Assembly: GCA_050084515.1 (NCBI GenBank)
Contig: CM114271.1
Coordinates: 28,582,001-28,646,000, forward strand
Source: Blasia pusilla
Lineage: Eukaryota
Length of the DNA: 64,000 bases
Direction: 5' to 3'
This document shows, in pieces, positions 34,120 through 47,405 of the stretch. Both the position numbers and the translations under genes were made by a program. Below the pieces are notes generated by a model. That model was not told where the DNA came from and did not search any database. It saw nothing but the letters and a program-made list of their open reading frames with translations. Every line of letters starts with the position of its first letter. Within the stretch, counting starts at the first letter, position 1.

Positions 34120-36780
34120 AATATATCATATCTTTCAAGTGGAATATTATGTGAAGCTGAAATTTTTAGAAAATATAGAATGTAAGCAGTTGCTTTAGCC
34201 CTGAAAATTTCAAACACAACCAAGGTATAGAAACGAAGTTGTGAGAGATTTGAGTTTATGCTCTTCTACATTTGAGGATTTCAAATCTGAATCTTGCGGA
34301 GGCCATATCTTTTAGGTGGAGTATCATATGAATCTCAGATTTTGAGTCAATGTGAAATATAAAGAGCTTCCATAGATTTTCAAATGTCAAGCACAATCAA
34401 GTTACATAGACGAAGTTATGAGAGATTTGAGTTTCTACTCTTTTATATTTGAGGATTTCAGATTGGAATCTTGCGGAGGCCATATCTTTCAAGTGGAGTG
34501 TTGTCTAAAGCTAATATGTTGAGGAAGCGTGGAGTGTGAGAAGGTGCCTTAGCCTTGCAAATTGCAAGCATAATTGAGTTATAAAGACGAAGCTGTGAGA
34601 GATTTGAGTTTCTGCTGTTCCACATTTGAGGATTTCAAATTTGAATCTTACGGAGGCCATATCTTTCAAATGGAGTGTCACATGTAAGTGAAAATTTGAG
34701 GAAATGTGTAATGGAATAGATGCTCTAGTCTTGAAATTTTCAAGTACAACCAATTCCTATAGCAAAAGTTGTGTGGTGTTGGAGATTTGGTAATACTTGA
34801 TTGGAGGTCGTGCAATATCTGGGATATAGTGAAGTTGACTACATGATGACTACTGAAGATGAAATCTTGAATCTAGTGCAAGTGGTCTTGCATGAATTGA
34901 AAGAGCTTCAACAAGAATTCAAGGTACAAACTTCCCAATTGAACCTTGCACATATTCAAATCCGAGAGTTGAAGGCAAGGCAAGAGATTTTGAAGAAAGT
35001 GTTGAAAGATAGCTCTAGTGTGATGCTGGATCTTTCCAAATCTGTTGCGGATGTTCAAGAGAAGGTATCATCATTAGCGACTACTCCCAATAGTTCAGGA
35101 TTGCATGAGGCTGTTGAAATTTTAGAAATGAAAATGAAATCTTATGGTGAAGCTACAAAGGTTGCTCATATCTCTTTCTATCAAAAGCAAGAGATAGAAA
35201 AGGAAAACCAATTTGCCCGTCGAAAGAATGTGGGAATCTCAGGTTTGCCGGAAATAAAGAGTGAAGAGGTGAAGAGTGTTGTCACCAAGTTCTTGGTTGA
35301 TACACTTCATGTTCACAACCCGGACTTGGCTTAAGCTTTCCGTATTGGGAAAACGGGAACACAACCTTGTGCCATTCTAGTTAAGTTTGTTGATCAAACT
35401 CAACGTGATACAGCTATGGCTAACAAGGTCATTCTCAAAGGACGGAGGATATAATTGGATCCTGATCTTACATCATGACGGACATCATCAATATTGTGGA
35501 GACTAGGGAACATGAGAGCAATACTATTGTAGAGATCCAAGGGTTTACTTTGGTGGGATTGACATGGAACCAAAGAAGGCAACGGATTGGAAGGGGTTAC
35601 GGCGGTATTGCTACTTTCATCAGGTCTCAATTTCTACCTTTCATACATCTAGAAGATCAAGATATCGAGGGCCAATATCATTGGCTACATCTTGGTTTGG
35701 TTGGGGGATCTTATTATTATCAGGCAGTTTGTTATTTTGCACCACTGTCCATGCCTATCTACTCAACATGCACTCACAATCGAAGTCAACCGTTCCATCG
35801 ACTTATTGGGGATGTTCTCAAACATCAAAGCAAAGGTGAAGTCTTTCTAGTTGGGGATTTCAATACGCGCACACGTATTGCTCAATTTACCCAATTCAAT
35901 GATTTCTTGATTTCTTCTCTTCTCAATAAACGCGAGGATGGTTTGTGGTCTAGAATCTCTTCAGATATATCTACAAATCCTTTGATAGAGCATTTTTTAA
36001 CCTTCGGAGCCATTTGTAATTTGAAAGTTCTTAGTGGAGCCTCTCATTTTCCCAACTCTCACTCCAATACGTGTTTCTCCTCTACCGGCGCTAGCACCAT
36101 CGATTATCTTCTATCCTCGCCACTAATAGTTCTCTTATCTCTATATTTGATATTCTAGAACCTCAGCCTGAATAAGATCATGCACCTCTTTTGTTTACTC
36201 TCTCACTGTCAAAGGCAATTCCTCTCTCGACATGTCAATCTGTTTTAGCTTCTCCCAAGTTTTGCTTAGATTCTGGAAAAAAAGATTTTATATGCTACAT
36301 TTACAAGAACTCTTGACTCGCATGGTATGGAGCCCAGATCCACACACGGCAAGTTTGCAACTAACCGAATTGCTAAAAAACACTGCATCTAAGTTCTTTT
36401 CGCGGCAGAGGGATAGAAGTACTAGGAGGTTGCCTTCTAATGGGTGATTTGACTCTGAATGCAAGCAAGCAAGGGCAAGATCATTAGATAAATCTTTGGA
36501 TATCCAAAGTCAGCTTATTATGAGGAGCCTCTACAAATACTTGGTGAAATCTAAGAAATGAGCTTTCTTGCGGCAGAAGCAAGAGTCCTTGACAACGGAG
36601 CTGCATGACGACCCCAAATCATTTTGGAGACGGTTAGGAGTACGATCTTCAGAATCTACTCTTGATCCCAAGTCTTTGATATCTTTTGCGGAAAAACTCT
36701 ATTTCTTCCCGGATGCTACATCTATGCCATGTTCTGAAGGAATACCTGGCTTATTCTCTGAAGCAGAGAAGATGACTCAA
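34120..36780 (+). mobile_element. LINE: 5'UTR monomers, ORF1 (from 34801), APE endonuclease (35475-36158) and linker; truncated
   Basis: About 179-bp monomers; GYGGIATFI, LVGDFNTRT, TIDYLL; deletion at the ORF1/ORF2 junction near 35470. Confidence 0.9.
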
Positions 36781-36783
36781 ATA

Positions 36784-37830
36784 AAATGGTAAATGGTAAA
36801 TAGATCAAGCCCGTGGGACCCAAAGGGTCAAAAGGCTTAAAAACATATTACAAGTCATTCATTCATTGACCCAGAAAAAGATCCTTAAGACCTTCTCCTA
36901 GCTACTGCCTAGAGCACTTGAGCGATGAATAATGACGTCCCTAATATAACAACCTAAATCATAAGGCACTAGCTGTAGTAAAGAATAGAAATTCTCCACA
37001 TCTATTTTATGAGCTAGTCTAATCTCTTCATACCTTGGACATGTAACAAACACATGCTCTTCATCCTCAATATTTTCTCCGTCACATAACCTACAAATTC
37101 GTTCATTTCTATCAATATAAAACCATCTTCCTTCCTCAACTCCTAGCCTATGAGACCCAGTTCTATGTCGTGCGATAATATGACGTAAGAACGTGGAGAT
37201 CCCCGCAAGTAGGTATCCTTGTTCACAAAATACAAGCATAGGATTAACATGAAGTTGATAAAACTCCATTTTGGTGCTCGGGCTGCTCCAAATAATGTTG
37301 AGAATTTGCTTCTGTAGATGCTCGCGGAGTGCCATCGGTTTCAAGTCCCAATCGCGTTCCGCCACATTCCACTTTGAAGACCAAGTCACCACATCCGCCA
37401 TCCACCCTATGGAACGTGTGGCTCGCAAAGCTTGACGAGTGAGGGAAGAAACATCAAGAGATCTCACACTTGCGATCTAAGTGATGGTCAAGTAAAGAGC
37501 TTCAAGAAGACAACTTGTTTCCGCAAGAACAATAGCATACGGAGTTTGGTTCCTTACACCTAATTCTTCTTGTAGAAAGATCTTTTGCACCCTCTCCACA
37601 CGCTCCCAACCTGTCTTCTTATAACTAGGGCCCCAAACTTGGATCCCATATAAGACCACGGGCAACATTAAGCTCCTAAATAAGAATTTTCTAAGACTCC
37701 AAGACACAAGATGAGCTCTTCTACATCGGTTTAAAAATGAATATAGAGCTTTGTAACCAGCTTCTACTCTCTTTTGCACACAAAGTGCCCAACTATAGTC
37801 ATTAGAGAAATCGATGCCTAGATATTTGCT
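36784..37830 (-). mobile_element. LINE 3' part with C-terminal Cys/His domain and tail
   Basis: ORF 36898-37467 contains HRTGSHRLGVEEGRW...RICRLCDGENIEDEEHVFVTCPRYEEIR; ATTTACC tail at 36784-36802. Confidence 0.92.
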
Positions 37831-37974
37831 ATAAAATGCTATGCTTAGATCCATCCTATAAAATGCTAAATGCTAAATAGATCAAGCCCGTGGGACCCAA
37901 AGGGCGTTTATAGAACGTGTTGCTCGCAAAGCTTGATAAGTGAGGCGAGAAACATCAAGAGATCTCACCCTTGC

Positions 37975-38972
37975 TGTCGCGACCCTCATGACCAAACAAG
38001 TGCCAAGCGGAACATCGGAACATTAGCGGGCTCACGCTAAGATGGTTTGCGCGTTGGAATTATCTCAAAGAGGAGACAAGAGATGAGACGCGAGCGAGAA
38101 GCCGCATTTCAGATGTGATGGTCGCGACTCGGAAACCTGGACCAAACGCGGAATGAGACTTGAAAGAAGTCGAGTCTAGGAAGTGGGTTGCCAAAGGAAA
38201 GATCCGGACTTGGAACGTCACTTGCGTTTGAGAGTTTCCGACTGTATTTATGGCCATAACTTTTAGCGCCCAGATGCGTTTGGAGCAAATGAGAGTGCGT
38301 TGGAAAGCTTATGGAGAGCCGGTTCAAACGCACGAAAGATCGCTGCAAGCGCATAAGCAGCGGCCGAGATACGACCCGAAAACGACTATAAGTGGAGTCG
38401 GGTTGAGGGCCACAATGAAGGGCCCGAACCTCTTTTCCCAAAGGGGAGGGGTTATTGGAGAACCCCAGAAGTACTAGTAAGGGGGAAGGTCTCCGAGAGT
38501 GCTTGGAACCCAAACCCCACTTTGGGCGCCGCGGGGCGGCTCAAGGGCATGGAACGGAACACGAGTTTGGGCGTTGGGTTGGAAAACCTACACCAAGTCC
38601 ATTGAGGCGATTTTAGACATCCCTCTTGGATTTCACGCCGCGACTCAATTACTTGGGTCTCGGTTCGGAACTCACACGAGGACCGTTGAACAGTTGGGAT
38701 TGCTAGGCGTGTAAGTGCCGTTTGATCCCCTGGACTAACCAGAAGTCTGTTCCAAGTCTTGAAGGACTTGCCATGTGTTGGGAGCTAGGAATTAAGGAAG
38801 GTTGAGCTTGATGAGGCCGAGTTGAGGACTCGGTGGGTTGGAACGCCGGTTGGCCAAACCCGACTAACGAGAGTGCGTGTTTGGGTGCAGATCGGCGATG
38901 AGTTCGTGACCTACTGAACGCACGCTTCCGCAACACTAAAGATTGACGTTCAAGGAGAGTAGGGGCGCGACA
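37975..38972. mobile_element. Solo LTR (998 bp) inserted in a LINE
   Basis: TGTCGCG...CGCGACA termini; 5-bp TSD CTTGC at 37970-37974 and 38973-38977; the LINE sequence rejoins across it. Confidence 0.9.
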
Positions 38973-40186
38973 CTTGCGATATAAGTGATGATCAAGTAGA
39001 GAGCTTTGGCCTCTAGAGGAAAACAACATGTTTTTGCAAGAAGAATGGCATAAGGAGTTTGGTTTCTTAAACCCAATTCTTCTTGTAGAAAGATCTTTTG
39101 CACCCTCTCCACGTGTTGCCAACCTGTCTTCTTACAACTAGGGTCCCAAACTTGGGTCCCATATAAGACCATCGGCAACACTAAGCTCCTAAATAAGAAC
39201 TTCCTAAGACCCAAGGACACAAGATGAGCTTTGAAACGAGCATCAACTCTCTTTTGCACGCAAAGTGCCCAACTATAGTCATGAGAGAAATCAATGCCTA
39301 GATAATTTTTAACCCTTCACTTGTTCTAATTGTTGACCTTTGTAAACTAACGAGAACTTGGATCTAGTACCCACTATAATGACTTTAGACTTCTCCATAT
39401 TAACCTCCATGTCACTCTGGGTACAAAAACTTGCCAAAGTGTTGAGGTATTTTTGTAAACTAATGTCATCACGTGCTAGTAATATGATATCATCGGCATA
39501 CAATAGAGCTTTGATGACAAAGTCTCCAAGCTTGACACCTTCACTATCACATTCCTCCAACCACTTTTCGATATCATCTATGAAAACTCCAAAAAGTGTA
39601 GGGGAGAGAGGGCAACCTTGAATGACTCCGATAGTACTCAAGATTTCTTGAGTTTGTGAATCTTGGATCTTGGCCCGAACGGAATGGCACAACGTGGCCA
39701 CAGCAGCGAGGAGATTCAATGGTACCCAAATGGCTTCAAGCCTATCCCATAAGAGCTTATGGGGTACGGTATCAAAAGCTTTCTTTAAATCGATGAAACC
39801 GCAAAACAAAGCTTTCTTAATGCCCTTAGATTTCTCCCATAAAACACGTAAGACCAAGATATGGTGTTGAGAATGGCCTTGTTAGCCATGGCAGTATCAC
39901 GTTGAGTTTCATCTACAAACTTAACTAGAATAGCACGAGGTTGTGTTCTCATTTTCCTAATGCGAAAAGCTTGAGCCAAGTCCGGGTTATGAACATGAAG
40001 TGTATCAACCAAGGACTTGGGGACAACCCTCTTCACCTCTTCGCTCTCTGTTTCCGACAATCGGGAGATTCTCACATTCTTCCTAGGTGCAAATTGGTTT
40101 TCCTTTTCTATCTCTTGCTCTTGACAAAAAGAGATATGAGCAACCTTTGTAGCTTCAGCATAAGATTTTATTTTCACTTCTAAAGT
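38973..40186 (-). mobile_element. LINE with internal deletion (ORF1 part fused to RT part)
   Basis: RT ORF 39309-39857 (QGCPLSP, YADD) joined near 39868 to ORF1 sequence. Confidence 0.88.
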
Positions 40187-42365
40187 TGCCACGTTATAGA
40201 GGCATACCAGGCTTATTCTTTGAAGAAGAGGTGATGACTCAACTAAGAAGATTAGCAAATGACAAATACAAGGATTTGGATGGTCTTTCTGTTAAACTTC
40301 TCAAGTGGGAAGGAGATTCTATTGCACCGATCCTCACCAAAGTATTAGGTGATGCTGTTGTCTATGGGTTTTCTTCTACTTGGTTGCTACGGGAGATTGT
40401 TCCTATTCACAAATCAAGAAGGAAGGATTTGGTGACAAACTATCGCACTATCATGGTAGGTAGTGTCTTTGCCAAGCTGTTTGGGAAATTGGTGGAGTCA
40501 AAGTTGAGCGCATGGACAGAGTCTTTCCAAAAGAAAGCACGGGTCCAAGCTGGTTTTTGCCCAACATACAACACCATTAACCATATCTTGGTCTTACGTG
40601 TTTTATGGGAGAAATCTAAGGGCAATGGAAAAGCTTTGTTTTGCGGTTTTATCGATTTCAAGAAAGCTTTGGATACCGTACCTCGTAAGCTCTTATGTGA
40701 TAGGCTGCAAGCCATTGGGATACCATCAAATCTCCTCGTTGTCGTGGCCATGTTGTGCCATTTTTTTTGGGCCAACATCCAAGATTCACAAACTCAAGAG
40801 ATCTTGAGTACTATCGGAGTCATTCAAGGTTGCCCTCTCTCCCCTACACTTTTTGGAGTTTTCATAGATGATAATGAAAAGCGGTTGGAGGAATGTGATA
40901 GTAAAGGTCTCAAGCTTGGAGACTTTGTCATCAAAGCTCTATTGTATGCCGATGATATCATATTACTAGCATATGATGGCATTAGTTTACAAAAATACCT
41001 CGACACTTTGGCAAGTTTTTGTACCCTGAATCAGATGGAGGTCAATATGGAGAAGTCTAAAGTCATTATAGTGGGTACTAGATCCAAGTTCTCGTTCTTT
41101 TACAAAGGTCTACAATTAAAACAAGTGAAGAGTTACAAATATCTAGGCATTGATTTCTCTCATGACTATAGTTGGGCACTTTGCGTGCAAAAAAGAGTAG
41201 AAGTTGGTTACAAAGCTCTATATTCATTTCAAGATTGGTGAAGAATAACTCATCTTGTATCGTGGGGTCTTCAAAAGTTCTTGTTTAGGAGTTTAGTGTT
41301 GCTTGTGGTCTTATATGGGACCCAAGTTTGGGACCCTAATTGTAAGAAGATAGATTTGGAGCGCGTAGAGAGGGTGCAAAAGATCTTTCTACAAGAAGAA
41401 TTGGATGTAAGAAACCAAACTCCTTATGCTAGAGGCTAAAGCTCTCTACTTGACCATCACTTATATCGAAAGGGTGAGATTTCTTGATGTTTCTCGTCTC
41501 CCTCATCAAGCTTTTCGAGCCACATGTTCCATAGGGTGGATTTCAGATGTGGTGACTTGATCGCCACATTTGCAAATCGGCAAACAGGTTTGGAAAGATC
41601 CAGCATCACACTAGAGTTATCTTTCAACCCCTTCTTCAAAACCTCCTACGTTGCCTTCAACTCTCGCATAGGTTCAATTGAGAAGTTTGTACCTTGAATT
41701 TTTGTGGATGCTCTTTCAATTCATGCAAGCACACGTTTCATGGGGTGGATTGCGGATGTGGTGACTTGGTCTTCAAAGTGGAATGTGGTGGAACGAGATT
41801 GGGACTTAAAACTTATGGCACTCCGCGAACATCTACAGAAGTAATTTCTCAATATCATTTGGAGCAGTGCGGGCACAAAAATGGAGTATTATCAGCTTCA
41901 TATTAATCCTATGCTTGTATATTATGAACAAGGATGCCTACTTGCGGAGATCTCCACGTTCTTATCTCATATTATCACACGACATAGAAGTGGGTCTCAT
42001 AGGCTAGAAAATGAGGAAGGACGATGGCTTAGTATTGATAGAAGTGAACGAATCTGTAAGTTATGTGACGGAGAGAGTATTGAGGATGAAGAGCATGTGT
42101 TTGTTACATGTCCAAGGTATGAAGAGATTTGACTAGCTCATAAAATAAATTTGGAGAATTTCTATTCTTTACTACAGCTAGTGCCTTATGATTTAGGTTA
42201 TTAGATGAGGGATATCATTATTCATCGCTCAAGTGCTCTAGGAAATAGCTAAGAGAAGGTCTTTAGGATCTTTTTTCGGGTGAGTGAATGAATGATTTGT
42301 GATGTGTTTTTAAGCCTTTTGACCCTTTGGGTCCCACGGGCTTGATATATTGACGATTTATCATT
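40186..42365 (+). mobile_element. 5'-truncated LINE, RT (40186-41241) to 3' end, with an inverted ORF1 fragment at ~41575-41730
   Basis: 351-aa RT ORF; C-terminal RICKLC...EDEEH...CPRY; family terminus at ~42315-42365. Confidence 0.92.
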
Positions 42366-42367
42366 AT

Positions 42368-43967
42368 TGCGAGTTTGGGAGAATAGTAGAATACACGTAA
42401 TGCCTCATCCTTTTGAGAGAGCATGTTTGGTGCAACATGCCCATGAGAAGTTGAGTCACTTATGAGTGAGGCAGACCTACAACTTGCTACAGATATAGTA
42501 TTCGTGGTGAGACATGCTGATTAATGTTCAACAGTTTATCCCCAAATGCATTGTGTGTGACCAAGTTTGGGCATCGTTCAATGCTCTTTGACTCTACACT
42601 TGAAGCCATTTCCAATCATAGGTTTAGATTATAGATAGAGTTTGGATTTTGCAAGATCTCTACCTTTGACGTGTTGCCATAATTGTTATGTGGTGGTGAT
42701 GATCGAACACTTCTCGAATTGGCAGTGTTGACAAATCAGGGTAGGGAGTTTTTTCGGGAGTTTCAAACCTTGTGTGATCAGGCATTGATTGACCATTATA
42801 CTCCTTCGCAAGATCACCTTGAGACAGATGGATTAGCGGAGAGAGTTGTGGATACAGTGAAGAGAGTTTTACGCAAGTATAGCTTGTAGAGAGGTCACTT
42901 AGGAGATTAGGACCACAATTAATCAAAAAAATGCAACCATGGTTGAATTGCCAACCATATTGGTTGACGATTGGATATGGATTTAGCAAGAAAGTATCCT
43001 TAGCATCTTTCTCACCATAGTTTTTGCATTATGGACGAGAGCCTGATTTTCCTGCGGTCATTTTTTGCGATGTTGGTGAGGTGTTGAACCTCGATGACCC
43101 TGATATATGGATGCAAGCATATTCTTAGAAGGCTGAGTTTTTTCGGAGAGTTATGCCCATGACATTTGAGAACTTGGAGATTAGGCAACATCGTGATACT
43201 TTGAGGTATGCAACTATTCGGGGAGGTGGTTATCGACCAACGATCCAGAGGTTTCATCAATAGACGATACCTACGACGTTATATGTGACTGCAAGGCACA
43301 CCATCTTGAAAGTGTGTGATGTCTTGACATCTGATGTTCCGTTCATTACTGTATCCTCGCCCGAGTACACCCGGAATTGTGGGCCTGGTGTGGAGAGACG
43401 CAAAGGTATGATTTGGAAGGATCATGTGCGTAATTGTGTGTTATTTCACCTTCCTAACATTGAAGATACAATTGATCCGAGCTTAGCAGTAGTTCTTGCA
43501 AGCTTTCATTGTATGTTGTATGGTCTTTCCCTAGTGCAGCCAAGATGCTAGTCTATGATGGGTGTTCAAGAGGATAGCACATGGCACATCTGACGCGAGC
43601 CCTCACTAGGCTTCTTCGTGGATGATGGATGTATCCCAGATGTACATAAGGTAGATACTAAGTAGTTTTAGATCCATATTTTTGTGTGTTACGTAGATGA
43701 CAAGAAGGCGAAAACAATGGGGTCATATGAGCATCCGCCATTTTTACTCTTAGCATCTTAGAGATGTACGGCATGGTAGGTAGGGATAGATAGCTATTTA
43801 GAGTTAGAGGGACCTAACTACCAGCTAGGGAGGCGATTGGATATATTTTGGTACTCGATTTTCTTGATGTTTTGATGTCATTAATTAGCATGGTATCTTG
43901 TGTGTTTGTATGTGTATTTGGTGACAAACATGTATATTATATAGCGATGGGTATGCCCATGACAATT
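42368..43967 (+). mobile_element. Third, older fragment of the PHD-integrase Gypsy family (integrase, degenerate PHD, PPT, B repeat)
   Basis: Colinear with 13870-15390 (HAHEKLSH, DGLAERVVDTVKR, WKDHVRNC); PHD remnant ~43510-43650; CTAGGGAGGCG; ends GACAATT at 43961-43967. Confidence 0.82.
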
Positions 43968-45114
43968 ACCTTTTAGGTTGGATTGACGAGTTTATAGTAG
44001 AGCGCCTTCAAGGATATTGAATGACATCCTCATGAGGTCAAGGATGGCCTATTAAGGCCACAAGTAGCTTGAGAGAGTAGGTTTCCCCTTCAATTTGGTT
44101 CATTTGGAGATATATACAAAAACTTACTAGTTTGGGTAAGTTTCTATTATGAGTATATTTTAATTTCCACTTTGGGAAGTGGCCCTTGACTCCCCCCTAC
44201 AAGAGATCAAGATCCAACTAGGTGACGTGCGAGCATAGGTTACAATAGGGAGAGCTTGGGAGAGGGAAGAGGGTTTAGGGTCAAGGAGATAGAGCTTTGG
44301 AGTTCATTTTCTCTTTGTTGAATATTTTGGCATGAGATGGCGGAGCTATGGTCTTCCTTGCCTTGTGAATAACCCAAGCCTCTCATTAGGATGTGTGTGT
44401 GTGCATTACCTAAGACTTGCGGTGCCTAGAGAGAGGAACTTAACCTCAAGATCCCAACATCCAAGTTTTGGGACTAAAGAGAAGTTAATGGTAGAGTGTG
44501 AAGATCAACAATGGGAGCCATAGTAGTACAGTGGCCGCCAAGTTTCAATGAGATCCAACGTACTATTTTGTAGGTGTTGAAGGAATGATTACAAGCCCAA
44601 ATGGACTTTGAGATGTAGAATTCAACCTCTACTTCTTGCTCCACTTTTAGTTTTGCGAGGAGAAATCTTGGGTTGAGTCTGAGAGACCCAACCAATCGCG
44701 TGTTTCATAGATAAGTGTGGATCCATGTCCAACGCTAAATGGTTCAAAGTCCTCCAAGATACATATCATCTCCTTATAAAGTCTCTTCCCCGGACTTTGA
44801 AGAATCTCCCAAAGTCACTTATATAAATCGGGATATGATGGTTAAATTTTCAAGATATGAACCAAATAATTCCATCGTAAAACATTTTTTTAAAAGGACA
44901 AGGAAAAAGTATTTTTGGTATTCTCTAAGGAAATCCTACGTTTCTCATATTCCATCCCAAGTCCTTAATTTTAGCCGACCCAATAGGATTTCAAAATTGT
45001 TGGGCATTCACTTCTCCATAAGCCATAGCAACATCTCTAGATGGTAAAGCATTTCTACGCAACACCACTTCTACAATTTTACTATTTACACTTACTTTGG
45101 AAGCCACGCTGATT

Positions 45115-46280
45115 TAAAATGGTAAATAGTAAAGAGATCAAGCCCGTGGGATCCAAAGGGTCAAAAGGCTAAAAAACACTTTAGCAGTAATACACTCATT
45201 TGGAAAAAGACCCTAGAGGCCTTCTCCTAGCTCATGCTTAGAGCTTTTGAGCCATGAATAATGATATCTCTAATATAATTATAATAATGATATCACTAAT
45301 TGTAGTAAAAAATAAAAATTCTCCACATCTATTTTATGAGTTAGTCTAATTTCTTCACACCTTGGACATGTAACAAACACATGCTCTTCATCCTTAATAC
45401 TTTCTCCGTCCCACAACCTACAAATTTGTTCTTTTCTATCAATGTTGAGTCAACGTCCTTCCTCAATTCCTAATTTATGAGACCCAGTTTTATGTCGTGC
45501 GATAATATGATGTAAGAATGTAAAGATCCCAGCAAGTAGATATACTTGTTCACAATATACATGCATAGGATTAACATGAAGTTGATAATACTCCATTTTC
45601 GTGTTCGTGCTGCTCCAAATAATGTTGAAAAATTGCTTCTGTAGATGCTCACGGAGTGCCATCAATTTCAAGTCTCATGCGTGTTACACGACATTCCACT
45701 TTGAAGTCCAAGTCACCACATCTGCAATCCATCCTATGGAACGTGTGGCTCGTAAATCTTGATGAGGGAGACAAGAACCATCAAGACATCTCATCTTTGC
45801 AATATATATATCAAGTAGAGAGCTTTAACTTCCAGTGGAAAACAATCTATTTTCGCGAAAAGAATAGCACAAGGAGTTTGGTTTCTTACGTCCAAAATTC
45901 TTCTTATAAAAATATCTTTTGCGCCCTCTACACGCGCTCCCAACATGTCTTCTTGCTACTAGAGCCCCAAACTTGGGTCCCATATAAGACCACATGCAAC
46001 ACCAAGCTTCTAAATAACACAACACTCTCTTTCGCTCACAAAATGCCGAACCATAATCATGAAAGAAATTAATACTTAAATTTTTAACTCTTCACTTGTT
46101 CTAATTATAGAATTTTATAAGCGAATGGAAATTTGGATCTAGCATCCATTATAATGATTTTAGACTTCTTCATATTAATTTCCATTTAATTTTGAATACA
46201 AAACTTACCAAAATATCAAAATATGATTATAAATTAATGTCACGTACTAATAATATGATATCAAAAATCTTCAAATTTGA
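45115..46280 (-). mobile_element. Decayed LINE 3' part
   Basis: Family terminus and tail at 45115-45170; ORF2 C-terminal homology at 45450-45671. Confidence 0.85.
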
Positions 46281-47405
46281 CATAGAATCTCTTGATGTCT
46301 CGACTTGGAGCTTAAAATTATTTTCGTACTTGTTGGGAAAAAGGCACATTCGGGAACGCTTATGATTAGGAGTTAGTGCCACTCAAAATATGGTCATCAT
46401 TGTGCAAATGTTGCTGACAAACTCCAGCCGTGTCCTAAAAATAAAAATTAAATCTAGGTCTGAAACATGAGCTGTCACATCTATGGGAGAACCGGAAGAA
46501 GACCAGCTTTGTGTGCCTCTATTAAAAAGTTTTCTTGAATATCAAAAAGAGGACTAATCAACAGATGGCTGATTGATAGAAGTCGATCCAATCCAACTGT
46601 CAAAAATGGACCGACCCATACGGACGATCTAGATTAGATTAGAATCAATGTTTTGTTTATGACCATTGATTACTGGTAGTTACGTTTCATGTTGCATAAC
46701 TATAGACGATGCGTAGCTATGAGAAATTTCTGAAGTGACACATCGTCACATCTTTTAATAACCGCTTTTAGTTTAGCGCAGACTTTACTACTTATGAATC
46801 AGCTCTTAATCTACCGACACACAGTACAAATGCAATTTCAATTCATTTTGCATTTCTCACAGTTGGGGGCCTCTATTCACTTACCAAAGAACTCCGGTAT
46901 TGAACAATTCGGCCACAACCAGAGAAACTGCTTCATTTTCTACGTTGAAGCAGACAGATGAATGCAGCAGGCTCCCTCATGATCCATGTGGCAAAGTGTC
47001 CTGGTTGGACATTGCAAGTGAACAGGTGGGTGCACAAGAAGGGAGATTCTCTCATCAAGTGTGCTTACCACATTGTTGACACGTTTCAGGGTCCCTAAAA
47101 CATGTGGCAAAGTTCACCTAAAGAGGATGCTGAGAAAATACAGAAGGATATTCTTTGTAGCATGAACAAGGAGAATCACTGCGCTTTATTCTCTCAAGTG
47201 TATTCAACCAGAGCTCAAAGTACAGAATATCTGTGCCAATGTGCTGAACAATGTCGTAGGAGCAAAAATTTCAGTACTCCTTGAGACAATGTCAAAAAAA
47301 ATCTTCAACTCAGATGTATATCTACAAGGGGTCAGCCTAGAACAGAATAAAGAAATATATACCCCTTTCACAACCTAAAATTCTTCATTGGGTAGATAGC
47401 CAGCA

